Source of the DNA: an uncultured Eisenbergiella sp.
GTDB lineage: Bacteria; Bacillota; Clostridia; Lachnospirales; Lachnospiraceae
Direction of reading: 5' to 3'
Assembly: GCA_910585455.1 (NCBI GenBank)
Contig: CAJUEL010000008.1
Location: 53,955-117,954 of the forward strand
DNA: 64,000 nucleotides
Position 1 is the stretch's first letter, and each line of letters starts with the position of its first letter. Positions 30,086 through 39,677 of this stretch are shown here, in pieces. Below the pieces are notes generated by a model. It was not told the DNA's origin and searched no databases. It saw only the letters and a list, made by a program, of their open reading frames with translations. The translations under genes and the position numbers were made by a program.

Positions 30086-30124
30086 CTTTGCATCCGTAAT
30101 GATATTGCAAAGAAAGGAAAGAAT

Positions 30125-33100
30125 ATGCGAACATTGAAAACTTTATATAAGCGCAGTTTTGCTTTGTTCCTTGCAATCGCGTTGTGCGTGAGCACACCGC
30201 AGTTTACTGCTTTTGCGGAAGGTACAGAAGCGGTAGAAGATGTTGATACTAATACACCGGCAGAGACTCCTGCGTCAGCAGAAGACCCTGTACCGGATCA
30301 GGAGCCTGCAGAAGAATCTGCACCTGTAGCGGATCCAGAGCCTGTAGAAGACCCTGCACCGACAGAAGAGTCTGCTCCGGCAACGGAAGCCGCGCCCGCC
30401 GAAGAGCCTGCACAGGCAGAGGTGCTTGCAGAAGATAATGTGGCGGCTGCAGCAGCTGTGAAGCTTTCAAACGTTGTTAATGAGGACATCGATGCTGTGG
30501 GGAGTGATGCAGACGTACCTGCGGATAACGTAGATGTTACGCCGCCGGAGGTACCGGAGATAGCAGAGGATGGAGCATCTGTAGAGAAGTTCTATGATGA
30601 TGCTAACAAACTTATAGGCTGGAAGTACACGCAGACAGATGAAAATGGCGTGGAGATACGTAAAGTTGCCAGTCCGGTTTATGGACAGGATGGTACGATC
30701 AGCTATAAGGTCTCAACTACGAAAGTTGTAAAGGAAGATCAGATTCCCCAGAAGCCTTTAGATGCTCCGGCTGTGAAAGATGAAAATGGAGCTGAAATTG
30801 CGGACTCTTATCAGTATGTGGAAAATGGCGTTGAAACAGTTGTGCTGCCGATTAAGGACGAAAACGGCACAATACTGGGCTATAATTACACCCAGTATGA
30901 CAGCGAAAGCGGCGCAATGCTTGATGCCTATGTTTTAACTACTGCTGAAAATGCTGATGCAATAGGCGAAAATAAAACTGAGGTGATCGAAGGACTGCCG
31001 AAGACTGATGAATCTGTTAAAGTTGAGGTGACTCTGCCTGATAAGCTGCCGACACCGCCGGAAGGCTACGTGGCAACAGCTGAAGGAAGCAGCGAGTATA
31101 CCAAAACAGAAGTTGTTGATGGCGTAACCAAGACATATAGCTGGACACGGGAGGATATCCTGGATGAGGGCGGAAGAGTTATTGGTTATGTGATCAAAAC
31201 AACGGAAATGACAGTGACAACAGGTGAAGTGCCGGAAGTCAAGCCGGAAGGCGCTACAGATATTGAAGGTGGTTATGAGTATACTACAACCGAAACTCTG
31301 GAGGATGGAACCGAGCGTACTATAATTACCAGAGTGATTAATGGTGTGGCGACAGTGGCAATCGTGGATACTGTTGAGACAAAAGAAAGTTTTTCTGCAA
31401 CTGAAAATTTCCAGGGCAATGGTAATGCAGGCACTATGCTGGAAAAGCCGGAACCGCCTAAGGGTTACATTGAGGTTAAGGATAACGAGTATTCTTATTC
31501 CGAACCGATCAATAATGGTAACACGACCGGAACCGTTGATTACGTCTGGAAGATGGAAGAAATCAAAGACTCAGCAGGAAACGTGATCGGATATGTTACC
31601 GAAACTGTCAAGACGGAGAAGACGGAAACGCGGGTACCTAATGTGCCGACCAATAAACCGGCAAATGCGGTGGATATTGAGGGCGGTTACAGGTATACTA
31701 CGACGGAAACTTTGGCAGATGGTAGGACACGGACGACTATCACGACTGTAATTAATGGCGAAACCATCACCAGTCAGACGATTGTTACCACGACGGAGAC
31801 CAGACAGGAAATCAAAGTCAATGAAGAAGGCAGCGTTACGGTGACGATGTCCAGTGTCGTAAATGGGAACAAGGAACCTGAATGTACTTATACCACACTT
31901 ACTCCTGATGTGAATGGGAAGTATGACTGGAAAGGGTACGATGCGGGCAATAACCTGTATGACAGGGAAGGGTTCAAAAGTGCTGGGCTTGGCAAGATAA
32001 CTGCGAGTAGTTTGAACGTAAGAAAAGGCCCCGGAAGTACCTACGACACTTATGACAAAAAAGGGACAACGCTTAAGAATGGTGCTGCTGTCTACATTTA
32101 TGAGGTTAAGAATGGCTGGTACAGAATCGGAGAAAATGCATGGATTTCCGGTTCTCATGTAGAGCCTATGTTTGGAACCTTCCAGGTAAATACCAATCGA
32201 GGATATGTATATTCCGAACCAAATACAAATGACAGAGTGGCAAGCCGCGGAAACGGAAGCTATGTTCGCGTTGATGAGGTTAAAACCGTAAACGGGGTAG
32301 TGTGGTGTCATATTAATTCTGACGGAAACTATTCTGGCTGGATAGAGAAAGATAAACTGAATTTTGTTGGCCCGCATGATCCTACAATGGTTCCTGAGAA
32401 TACGGATAAGTTGGAGCATGAGTTCCCGGATGGCTATGATTATGTATTTATTGGGGAAAATGGACTGGAAAGCTCCATCCGTGTTGACACGGTAGGAAGC
32501 TCTGCTTCGCATCACCAGGCGCATCAGTTTATTCTGAGGGATAGGAAAAATAATAAGCTGTATGTGTATTGTGCTGATTTTGGAACTGAGCCCCAGAATG
32601 GATACCATTATAAAATGGTGGATCTCGATGAATTTTTGCAGTCAAACACAAACAACATGGGCAATAGCATGACTCCTGAGAAGTTGCAGCATATCAAGGA
32701 TATTGCGCAAAACGGTTTTTGGGGAACGACGGATAATGGGTCGGATTCTGATGCAGCGGGAAGCCTGGAGGCTCTTAAGAAAAAACTGGGCATGTATTTG
32801 GAAAGCTTGGGAGAAGATTCCAAAGATATTCAGGGGGTGCTGGATGCAATCACGCCCGGAATAGCGCTTACCGCAACACAGGCTGCAATCTGGGTGTATG
32901 GGAATACTGATCCCAACAAAAAGATCAATGTTAGTGATCTTAGCCAATGGGACGAATACCTTGGTACATATTTCACAGGCTTCAATTCGACAACCGGGAA
33001 GGATTACACTTCAAGAAAAGAATATGAAGCTTCCGGAAATGCATCCCGCGGGCAATGGGAAAAGGTATTTAAAGCACTTTCCGATGACGAAAAAGAGGCG

Positions 33101-34060
33101 TTAAAGGCAGTGCTTGACTGGCTCATCCAGATTGACAAGGATACGCCTGGTGCCACCACGACACCCGAAACGATTGATGAAACAAATTTTGCGACCAGTG
33201 CGAGTGTGGAAGTGGTTGGAAGCCAGACCGTAGGCGTGACGCAGTCGGGAGATCCGGATGTGGTTTATGATGCAAACGTATCGTTTGCGATGAAAGTTAC
33301 CCCGAGCCGGATCAACGATGATTTAATTGTGACTATTTATGTAAATGGTGTGGCACAGGCAACCAGACGTATTGCTGGGGAAGGCAAAGAAGGCACATGG
33401 CTGGATTCCGAAAACGGTGTTTATACGATTGACGGCATAAAGCTTCCGAATGGCGCAACGATTGATATTGTGTTGACGGGTACGCAGGATTTAGGGAATG
33501 GCGTTTATATTTTCTCATCCGAGAAAAATGGGAACACAACGTCACAGACATTCATTGGTCTTTCGGGGGAACATAAAAAGCAGGAAATCGCGTTGAGCAC
33601 ACGTCTGGTGTTTGATGTAACAGAGGCGAAAGCTGTCGTTACTACTACAAAGACACAGAGCGTGGATCCTGGAACACCCTCTACCTGGAATACAGGATAT
33701 TCCCGGAGCGAGGTTACAGAGAGTGACGACGACACCACCCCGGAAAACCCCGGCGGCGATGATGACGATGACGACACCATCCCCGACGAGCCTACTCCGT
33801 TAGGCGACGAGCCCGGAACCGAAATTCCCGAGGAGCCTACGCCCCTCGCGGATACTCCTGTACTGGTAGAACTGGTTGATGAGGAAGTACCTCTCGCCGG
33901 AGCGCCGGAGCTGGTTGACCTCTTCGATGAGGACGTACCGCTTGCGAACGTGCCTATGACAGGAGACATTTCAGTACTCTGGTATGCACTGATTTTCGCA
34001 GCCGCAGGCTGCCTGGCAGTGCTGAAAGGTGCTGACAAAAAGAAACGTAACAATTTTTAA
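30125..34060 (+). CDS. Sortase-anchored adhesin with internal repeats, SH3b-like domains and thioester (TQXA) domain (~1311 aa)
   Basis: Signal peptide; LNVRKGPGSTY..NGWYRIG..WIS SH3b; VYCAD...TQAAIW; VPMTG+TM+KKKR. Confidence 0.85.
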   Translation: MRTLKTLYKRSFALFLAIALCVSTPQFTAFAEGTEAVEDVDTNTPAETPASAEDPVPDQEPAEESAPVADPEPVEDPAPTEESAPATEAAPAEEPAQAEVLAEDNVAAAAAVKLSNVVNEDIDAVGSDADVPADNVDVTPPEVPEIAEDGASVEKFYDDANKLIGWKYTQTDENGVEIRKVASPVYGQDGTISYKVSTTKVVKEDQIPQKPLDAPAVKDENGAEIADSYQYVENGVETVVLPIKDENGTILGYNYTQYDSESGAMLDAYVLTTAENADAIGENKTEVIEGLPKTDESVKVEVTLPDKLPTPPEGYVATAEGSSEYTKTEVVDGVTKTYSWTREDILDEGGRVIGYVIKTTEMTVTTGEVPEVKPEGATDIEGGYEYTTTETLEDGTERTIITRVINGVATVAIVDTVETKESFSATENFQGNGNAGTMLEKPEPPKGYIEVKDNEYSYSEPINNGNTTGTVDYVWKMEEIKDSAGNVIGYVTETVKTEKTETRVPNVPTNKPANAVDIEGGYRYTTTETLADGRTRTTITTVINGETITSQTIVTTTETRQEIKVNEEGSVTVTMSSVVNGNKEPECTYTTLTPDVNGKYDWKGYDAGNNLYDREGFKSAGLGKITASSLNVRKGPGSTYDTYDKKGTTLKNGAAVYIYEVKNGWYRIGENAWISGSHVEPMFGTFQVNTNRGYVYSEPNTNDRVASRGNGSYVRVDEVKTVNGVVWCHINSDGNYSGWIEKDKLNFVGPHDPTMVPENTDKLEHEFPDGYDYVFIGENGLESSIRVDTVGSSASHHQAHQFILRDRKNNKLYVYCADFGTEPQNGYHYKMVDLDEFLQSNTNNMGNSMTPEKLQHIKDIAQNGFWGTTDNGSDSDAAGSLEALKKKLGMYLESLGEDSKDIQGVLDAITPGIALTATQAAIWVYGNTDPNKKINVSDLSQWDEYLGTYFTGFNSTTGKDYTSRKEYEASGNASRGQWEKVFKALSDDEKEALKAVLDWLIQIDKDTPGATTTPETIDETNFATSASVEVVGSQTVGVTQSGDPDVVYDANVSFAMKVTPSRINDDLIVTIYVNGVAQATRRIAGEGKEGTWLDSENGVYTIDGIKLPNGATIDIVLTGTQDLGNGVYIFSSEKNGNTTSQTFIGLSGEHKKQEIALSTRLVFDVTEAKAVVTTTKTQSVDPGTPSTWNTGYSRSEVTESDDDTTPENPGGDDDDDDTIPDEPTPLGDEPGTEIPEEPTPLADTPVLVELVDEEVPLAGAPELVDLFDEDVPLANVPMTGDISVLWYALIFAAAGCLAVLKGADKKKRNNF

Positions 34061-34097
34061 AGCTTTAAAAAGTAACAAGTAAAATGCGCTTATAAAA

Positions 34098-34135
34098 GAA
34101 AGGCCGGAATCCGTCTGACGGGTTCCGGTTTTTTC
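34098..34135 (+). terminator. Intrinsic terminator
   Basis: GGCCGGAATCCGTC-T-GACGGGTTCCGGTTTTTT. Confidence 0.8.
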
Positions 34136-34284
34136 ATGGAATGTCACCATTATCCGATGGCTTATCTAACCATCCCTGATTTTGTGGCATTTGTCCCCCC
34201 GTATTCTCATCATTCATTGCCCCTCTGCTCCTCTCATTCTCTCCATGAAAAATAATAAACTTATTATAAATTGAATAAATCTGC

Positions 34285-34455
34285 TTGTGGGTGTCTGGAA
34301 AATTTGCTATATTAAATTTATGACAGCACATCGTCAAATCTAAAACTTCCTGATGTGCTTTCTATTCAGGGGCATTTTGCCTTTTGGAATCCGAATTCTG
34401 GCTTTTCGCCACAGTTCAAAACGAACCCTTGACACGGTGCATGCAGGCGGAAAGC
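34285..34455 (+). promoter_or_regulatory. Promoter plus conserved structured leader of Rpn pseudogene
   Basis: TTGTGG-17-(TGn)TATATT; leader homologous to 63645-63780. Confidence 0.6.
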
Positions 34456-34507
34456 ATATGCTTCCTGCCGGCGGCGCCAAAGCACGCCAAAGACAGGAGG
34501 ATAAGGA

Positions 34508-35473
34508 ATGGGAAACAGCAAACAGATGCCACCCGTATCATCACATATGCGGGATGTAAACAGCAAAGAAATTTTTAAAGATCCAAAGCTCTGCTCACAG
34601 TTTTTGCGGGATAATATGAATATCCCTCAGCTAAAGCAGGTGCAGCCGGAGTAGATTATGATATTATGATGCAGCTGCTTCGTTATATGGTCTGTATCTG
34701 GCATGAGTATGCGCGGGAGAGGGAACGGGAAACGAAAGGGATTTCGCGGCGGAAGGGTTTTCAATATCCACCAATCCTGCCAATTGTTTATTATGAGGGG
34801 AGCGATAGCTGGACGGCATCGCAGCACTTAAGTGACCGAATACAGCAGAGCGATGTGTTTGGCAGATATGTACCGGATTTTCGGTATGAAGTGATTCGGA
34901 TAAACAGCTATAGTAATGAGGAACTGCTCGATCGTGGAGATGAGATGTCTCTGCTCATGCTCCTCAACAAGCTGCAGAGTCCGGAAGAACTTCATGAATT
35001 CCGGGAGTCCCCGCCCGAAAAGCTGGCTGACATACTAAAAAATGCCGATCCTCATATCATAAAGCTCATGCAGGATGTGATGTACAGTCTGATGATGAAG
35101 ATGAATATACCAGTGGACGAAGCCAATGAGCATGTAAAGGCGATAGGAGGGAAACAGATGGGATATTTGTTTGAAAATATCGAAAAGATGGACATACAGG
35201 CGGAATACTGCGGAGGCCAGAAGACAGGCAGCGGAAGCAGAAATGCGGTTGGAGGAGGTGCGGAAACAGGAACAGGAATCTCGACGAAAATGGCAGGAAG
35301 CTGAGGCCATGAAGGAAGAATGTGAATATAAATCCTATATTGCCGCCTGTAAGGGCTTCAACTGCAGCAGGGAAGAAGCTGCGAAGCGGCTTGCTGCTCA
35401 ATATGCCGAAAAACTTGGGGACGATGTTTCCGGAGCGTTGGAAAAGGTGGAATTGTATTGGAATGAAGTATAA
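34508..35473 (+). pseudogene. Rpn family (PD-(D/E)XK) pseudogene
   Basis: Paralog of 62400-63593 with ~151-nt deletion near 34650 and ~8-nt frameshift deletion near 35201. Confidence 0.88.
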
Positions 35474-35487
35474 AATGTTTATTCTAT

Positions 35488-35525
35488 ATGAAACGGCGGG
35501 AAATTTTCCCGCCGTTTCAAAAATC
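35488..35525. terminator. Hairpin between convergent genes
   Basis: TGAAACGGCGGGAA-ATT-TTCCCGCCGTTTCA. Confidence 0.7.
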
Positions 35526-35527
35526 AT

Positions 35528-36634
35528 TTATTCTTTGCTGTCAGAATCGCCGTTCGTGTCAGCGTCGCTCTCATCTTCGTCATCATCATCTTCATCATCG
35601 TCATCCGGCCGTCTCACCAGAATAATGATTGCCACAATCAGCACAACCACCAGCACAGCGAGCCCTGCCAGAAGCAATACCTGCGGATCGGCATCCAGAT
35701 CAATGCCGAGGGCGGAAAGATCCAGACTCCAACGGTTCTGATTGCCGGTTTCTCCGGAGAAGGTGAGAGAATCTCCCGAATTCTGGGAGGCATCCAGCGA
35801 ATCATCCGTTCCTTCAAACACGCTGCCCGCGCCTTCCGGCAAATCGGAATGCTCCACTCTGTGGACCGCCTGAACGATCCAACGTTTGGCGTGACCGTTT
35901 CCGGTACAAGTGGAAAGGGTGAGGATCCGGTCATAGGTGGTGGGGATCACTCCCGTATCGATTTCAGAATGGCTCAGGCCAAAATCGATCACCTCCTGCT
36001 TTTTGGGGCGGCTTTTGATTTTCAGTCCATAAATGATATCGTCCGGCGCTGCCTTATAGGCGGCATAAATATCGTACCGGTAGGCTTCCCCGTCGATCAC
36101 CACATATACGCTGGGGTGTTCCCGCCAATAATCGATGTCCGAATAAAACTTCAGGCTTCCGAACATGGAAAGGTTTCGCATTCTGTGTCCGTAAACAATG
36201 GTGTTAAAATCAGAAAGATCTCCGGCAACCTCACATTCCAGATAAACAGAACCGACTGAGTTTTCTTCGTTTTTCCAGGTGTGGTTTAAGTAATAGTCGT
36301 TATTATCATCCTGCAGAAGCGGGTAGGAAAGCTCTGTGTCGGGAATTTCGATCCAGCCCAGCACATCATCGTTGACTTCCTTCAGGGCGGGCAGGTCAAT
36401 TTCCTCCTTCAGCATGACAGCATAGGGATCTTCCTCGGCAGGCTTTGCCAGAATCGTTTCCAGGGAAGGCGCTATAACCTCTTCCTTTTTGGAAATGTTC
36501 GCCAGCTGCTCCGCCTCGCTGTAATCCTGCTGTCCCTTTTTATAATCCAGCGCCTGCCGGCCCACCACGAAGATTCCAAGCCCCAGCGCCAGGACCAGCA
36601 GTATTGTCAATACATTAATCAGTATGCGTTTCAC
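35528..36634 (-). CDS. srtB: Class B sortase with additional C-terminal TM and acidic tail
   Basis: GWIEIP, DNNDYYL, IVYGH, TLSTC..R; GTG start with GGAGG RBS. Confidence 0.88.
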   Translation of the reverse strand: MKRILINVLTILLVLALGLGIFVVGRQALDYKKGQQDYSEAEQLANISKKEEVIAPSLETILAKPAEEDPYAVMLKEEIDLPALKEVNDDVLGWIEIPDTELSYPLLQDDNNDYYLNHTWKNEENSVGSVYLECEVAGDLSDFNTIVYGHRMRNLSMFGSLKFYSDIDYWREHPSVYVVIDGEAYRYDIYAAYKAAPDDIIYGLKIKSRPKKQEVIDFGLSHSEIDTGVIPTTYDRILTLSTCTGNGHAKRWIVQAVHRVEHSDLPEGAGSVFEGTDDSLDASQNSGDSLTFSGETGNQNRWSLDLSALGIDLDADPQVLLLAGLAVLVVVLIVAIIILVRRPDDDDEDDDDEDESDADTNGDSDSKE

Positions 36635-36661
36635 GAAAATATCCTCCTATTGCGCTCCGGT

Positions 36662-36693
36662 CGTAATAATTCAGACCAGACCGAACTATGCTG
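36662..36693. repeat. 32-bp dispersed palindrome, degenerate copy 4
   Basis: CGTAATAATTCAGAC-CA-GACCGAACTATGCTG. Confidence 0.5.
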
Positions 36694-36702
36694 TCCGGCA
36701 GC

Positions 36703-38487
36703 CTAACCGACATAGTTCAGCATGCCATACTTTACCAGCTTGTCGTAATTTTTATAATATAGATAATAACCGCCTATATTGTGCTGAATATCATCGATGC
36801 GGACCCGATAGCCGTCGTGGCGCACCATAAATGTATGCAGGATTCGCTGAGGGTTTTGCATGTACATGGCGTATTCCGGGTAAAAATATCCGGTCCGCAT
36901 ATAATCCGCCCGGGCGTAAATGGCTTTCAGCAGCCCGTCAAGATCAAAGCCCCCCACGGTAGCGCCGCTTTCCACCATGCGGTCATACAGCTCAAAGGTG
37001 GACATCAGAAGCTCCAGATAGGTGTGATACGTGGTATCCTGTTTGTAAATTTCATCCAGATTGACCTGCGCGTTTTTCAGGGCGAATACGTAATAATCCG
37101 AATCATTGGTTATGTATTTGGTGATTTCGTTCATGGCATATGCGACCCAATGATCCTTATACTGGGTATAGTCGGCACGGATAAAGTGATCGACCGCGCT
37201 CTGTGCCGCATAGATCCATTCGATATCCTGCGTGAGTCCGTAAAGACGGCAGAGCGCAAAGGTGGCTTCTCCATCATAATACACGGTGCGGAACGCTTCC
37301 TTTTTGGAAAAATCACCGTTTAATACATGATAATATTCTCCGGTTTTCTGATCTAACAGGGAAAGAATTCCGTTTCCCAGTGCGCGGCAGACGTCCACAT
37401 ATTCCCTGCTGTGGAAGGCATCCATATATTCCGTCAGGGCAACGATCGCCATGCCGCAGCCGCCCAGCTTGATTTCGTCGCTTTCTTCTTCATAAAGATA
37501 TGCGTTCCCGTCCGCGTCATAGACAACCTGCCCAAGCATATAGTCGATCGTCCGCCGGATGGCGGTTTCAAGCTCCTCATCCGGTTCCATGCGGTAACGG
37601 CAGATCAAAGACCAGATGGTGCTGGCATGCCGGATGATGTTATAGCCGTCGATTTCATTATCGAAACGGGGATAAATTCCATAGACGAAGGAGCCGTCAT
37701 CGTTCACCTGGTCCGCCAGAAAGCCTGATGCGTTGATGAGCATTTCCCTTACGCAGGCATCATCGACCACATCGACGTCCCTGCCGCCGTAATCCAATCC
37801 GCTTCCGCTCAATTGATACACGGCGTTTTCCTCGTCGCAGATCCAGCCGATGGACCGAAATACGGTATATTCCTCCGGAAGAGCGGAAAGCGTCTTTTTC
37901 CCGCTTTCTTCCAGATAATGGTTTAAATAGTTTAGGTCGATCGTGCCGTTTTCATAGTCAAAGGATTTGGTGCCGTTTAGCTCGGCTTCCAGAAAGGCGT
38001 TTGTCCATTCCGGATCAAGGGCGACCCCATAGCGGAAAAACTCCTGTCTGGAATTTTTCAGATCATTGTACAGCTCCTGGGGGGTAATCGTTTCGGACAG
38101 ATAGACCACATCGGCTTTTACCCATGTCGGCTTAAGCGTTCCCTTTCCGACCTGCTTTTCCGCCTGCTGGCTGGCATTTGTAAAGGCCTCGTCCAGGGTT
38201 TCGCCGGTTCCGGTAAAGACGGTGGCGCGCCGGAAGGTGTCGCAGACCGAGATGAACACCGCATTCTGGACGGTTCCGGCAGGAGAAACCCCAAGCTCAG
38301 TGAGCACCCAGTCCGCCAGCGCCTGTTCCTTTAAAAGCTCCGCCTTTTCCCGGTAGGCCTGTGCGCTTTCCTCATCCTGTACGCCGCCGCAGGCCGCTAA
38401 AAATAATGTACAAAAAACCACAAGCAGGAGCCGGATAACGGACATCGCTCCCTTGGAGCCATCCCCGCGTTTCATAAAAATCTCCAT
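36703..38487 (-). CDS. Lipoprotein with probable alpha/alpha-toroid enzyme domain, function unknown
   Basis: Lipobox LAAC; YNIIRHA, KLGG, YYDGEA, DHW..Y..NE, RIDD.QH motifs. Confidence 0.7.
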   Translation of the reverse strand: MEIFMKRGDGSKGAMSVIRLLLVVFCTLFLAACGGVQDEESAQAYREKAELLKEQALADWVLTELGVSPAGTVQNAVFISVCDTFRRATVFTGTGETLDEAFTNASQQAEKQVGKGTLKPTWVKADVVYLSETITPQELYNDLKNSRQEFFRYGVALDPEWTNAFLEAELNGTKSFDYENGTIDLNYLNHYLEESGKKTLSALPEEYTVFRSIGWICDEENAVYQLSGSGLDYGGRDVDVVDDACVREMLINASGFLADQVNDDGSFVYGIYPRFDNEIDGYNIIRHASTIWSLICRYRMEPDEELETAIRRTIDYMLGQVVYDADGNAYLYEEESDEIKLGGCGMAIVALTEYMDAFHSREYVDVCRALGNGILSLLDQKTGEYYHVLNGDFSKKEAFRTVYYDGEATFALCRLYGLTQDIEWIYAAQSAVDHFIRADYTQYKDHWVAYAMNEITKYITNDSDYYVFALKNAQVNLDEIYKQDTTYHTYLELLMSTFELYDRMVESGATVGGFDLDGLLKAIYARADYMRTGYFYPEYAMYMQNPQRILHTFMVRHDGYRVRIDDIQHNIGGYYLYYKNYDKLVKYGMLNYVG

Positions 38488-38787
38488 CACACTGGTCTCC
38501 TTTTTCTGATTGTCTGATAAAGCATTTTTATTGTAGCAAAGACCGACTGGCTTTGCAAGACCTCTTCCCCAGGATATGCCAGTGAAATTTGTACGAATGT
38601 TGTTGAAATCATGGAATGGCATATGCTATAATGAGGCTTATCTTATGTATCAAAAAAATTTTACGCGCATATTAAGAAAGCAGGGTGGTGGCAGAATGGC
38701 AGAACCTTTCAGGCTGTGACAGGCAGCGTGACGGACACAAAGCAGGCAGGATAAACAGACAGATGTTGGATAAAGAGGTGTACAGAT

Positions 38788-39642
38788 ATGAAAATCAGAC
38801 AATGGATGATGTTTTCTTTTTTTCTGGCAATTTACTTTTTTTGGGCAAACCCGGTTTCTGTATCGGCAGCGCAGACTGCGCAGAACGGGCGTGCGGTAAT
38901 TGATTATACCAATGCGGCGAGCGGAATCGTGACGGTGAACTTCACCGGGGCTACCGCCACGCGGATCAAGGTGCAGGTCGCCGCGCCGGGGATCACTTAT
39001 ACATATAACCTGACCCCGGGGGTTTTGACCACCCTTCCGCTGTCAGAGGGGAATGGGAATTATAAGGTGACGGTGTATGAAAATGTGTCGGGCACGAAAT
39101 ACGCGACAGTGCTCTCCACTTCTTTCCCGGTAAACTTAAGCAGCGAGCTGGCGCCGTTTCTTCCTTCCAACCAGTACGTGAATTACGGCGGCGCGCAGGC
39201 GACATTGCTGGAGGCTGCGGATCTGGTTGCCGGAGTCGAGAATCCTTTGGGGAAGGTGGAGAAGGTATACGATTACGTGGTGGGAAATATTACCTATGAT
39301 TATAACAAAGCGGCTACCGTGGCGAGCGGCTATCTGCCGGTGTTAGACACGGTTCTTGCCACGAAGACCGGAATTTGCTTCGACTACGCCGCCCTCATGG
39401 CGGGGATGCTGCGCAGCCAGGGTGTGCCCTGCAAGCTCGTGGTGGGCTATGCGGGAACCGCATATCACGCGTGGATCAGCGTGTGGACAGCGGAAGAGGG
39501 CTGGATAGACGGCGTGATTTATTTCGATGGAAAAACCTGGCAGCGGATGGATCCCACCTTCGCTTCTTCGGGAGGAAAAAGTGCCGACATTATGAAATAT
39601 ATCGGAAATGGGAGCAATTACACCAAGAAATACCAGTATTGA
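38788..39642 (+). CDS. Secreted transglutaminase-like protein
   Basis: Signal peptide; GICFDYA, YHAW, MDPT triad. Confidence 0.88.
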   Translation: MKIRQWMMFSFFLAIYFFWANPVSVSAAQTAQNGRAVIDYTNAASGIVTVNFTGATATRIKVQVAAPGITYTYNLTPGVLTTLPLSEGNGNYKVTVYENVSGTKYATVLSTSFPVNLSSELAPFLPSNQYVNYGGAQATLLEAADLVAGVENPLGKVEKVYDYVVGNITYDYNKAATVASGYLPVLDTVLATKTGICFDYAALMAGMLRSQGVPCKLVVGYAGTAYHAWISVWTAEEGWIDGVIYFDGKTWQRMDPTFASSGGKSADIMKYIGNGSNYTKKYQY

Positions 39643-39677
39643 CCATAAAACAGGAAGAAGAGATAGGAGATTGTAAG

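Noticed and set aside
29768..30124. N-terminal extension of the 1430-aa ORF (and 28520-28627 of the 1047-aa ORF)
   Set aside because: The repeated ETAGRKA peptides are translated riboswitch aptamers; true starts with SD and signal peptide are 30125 and 28519
38695..38750. Possible c-di-GMP aptamer remnant (GGCAGAACC..GGACACAAAGC) before the transglutaminase
   Set aside because: Lacks the P2 GAAA stem and P3 motifs
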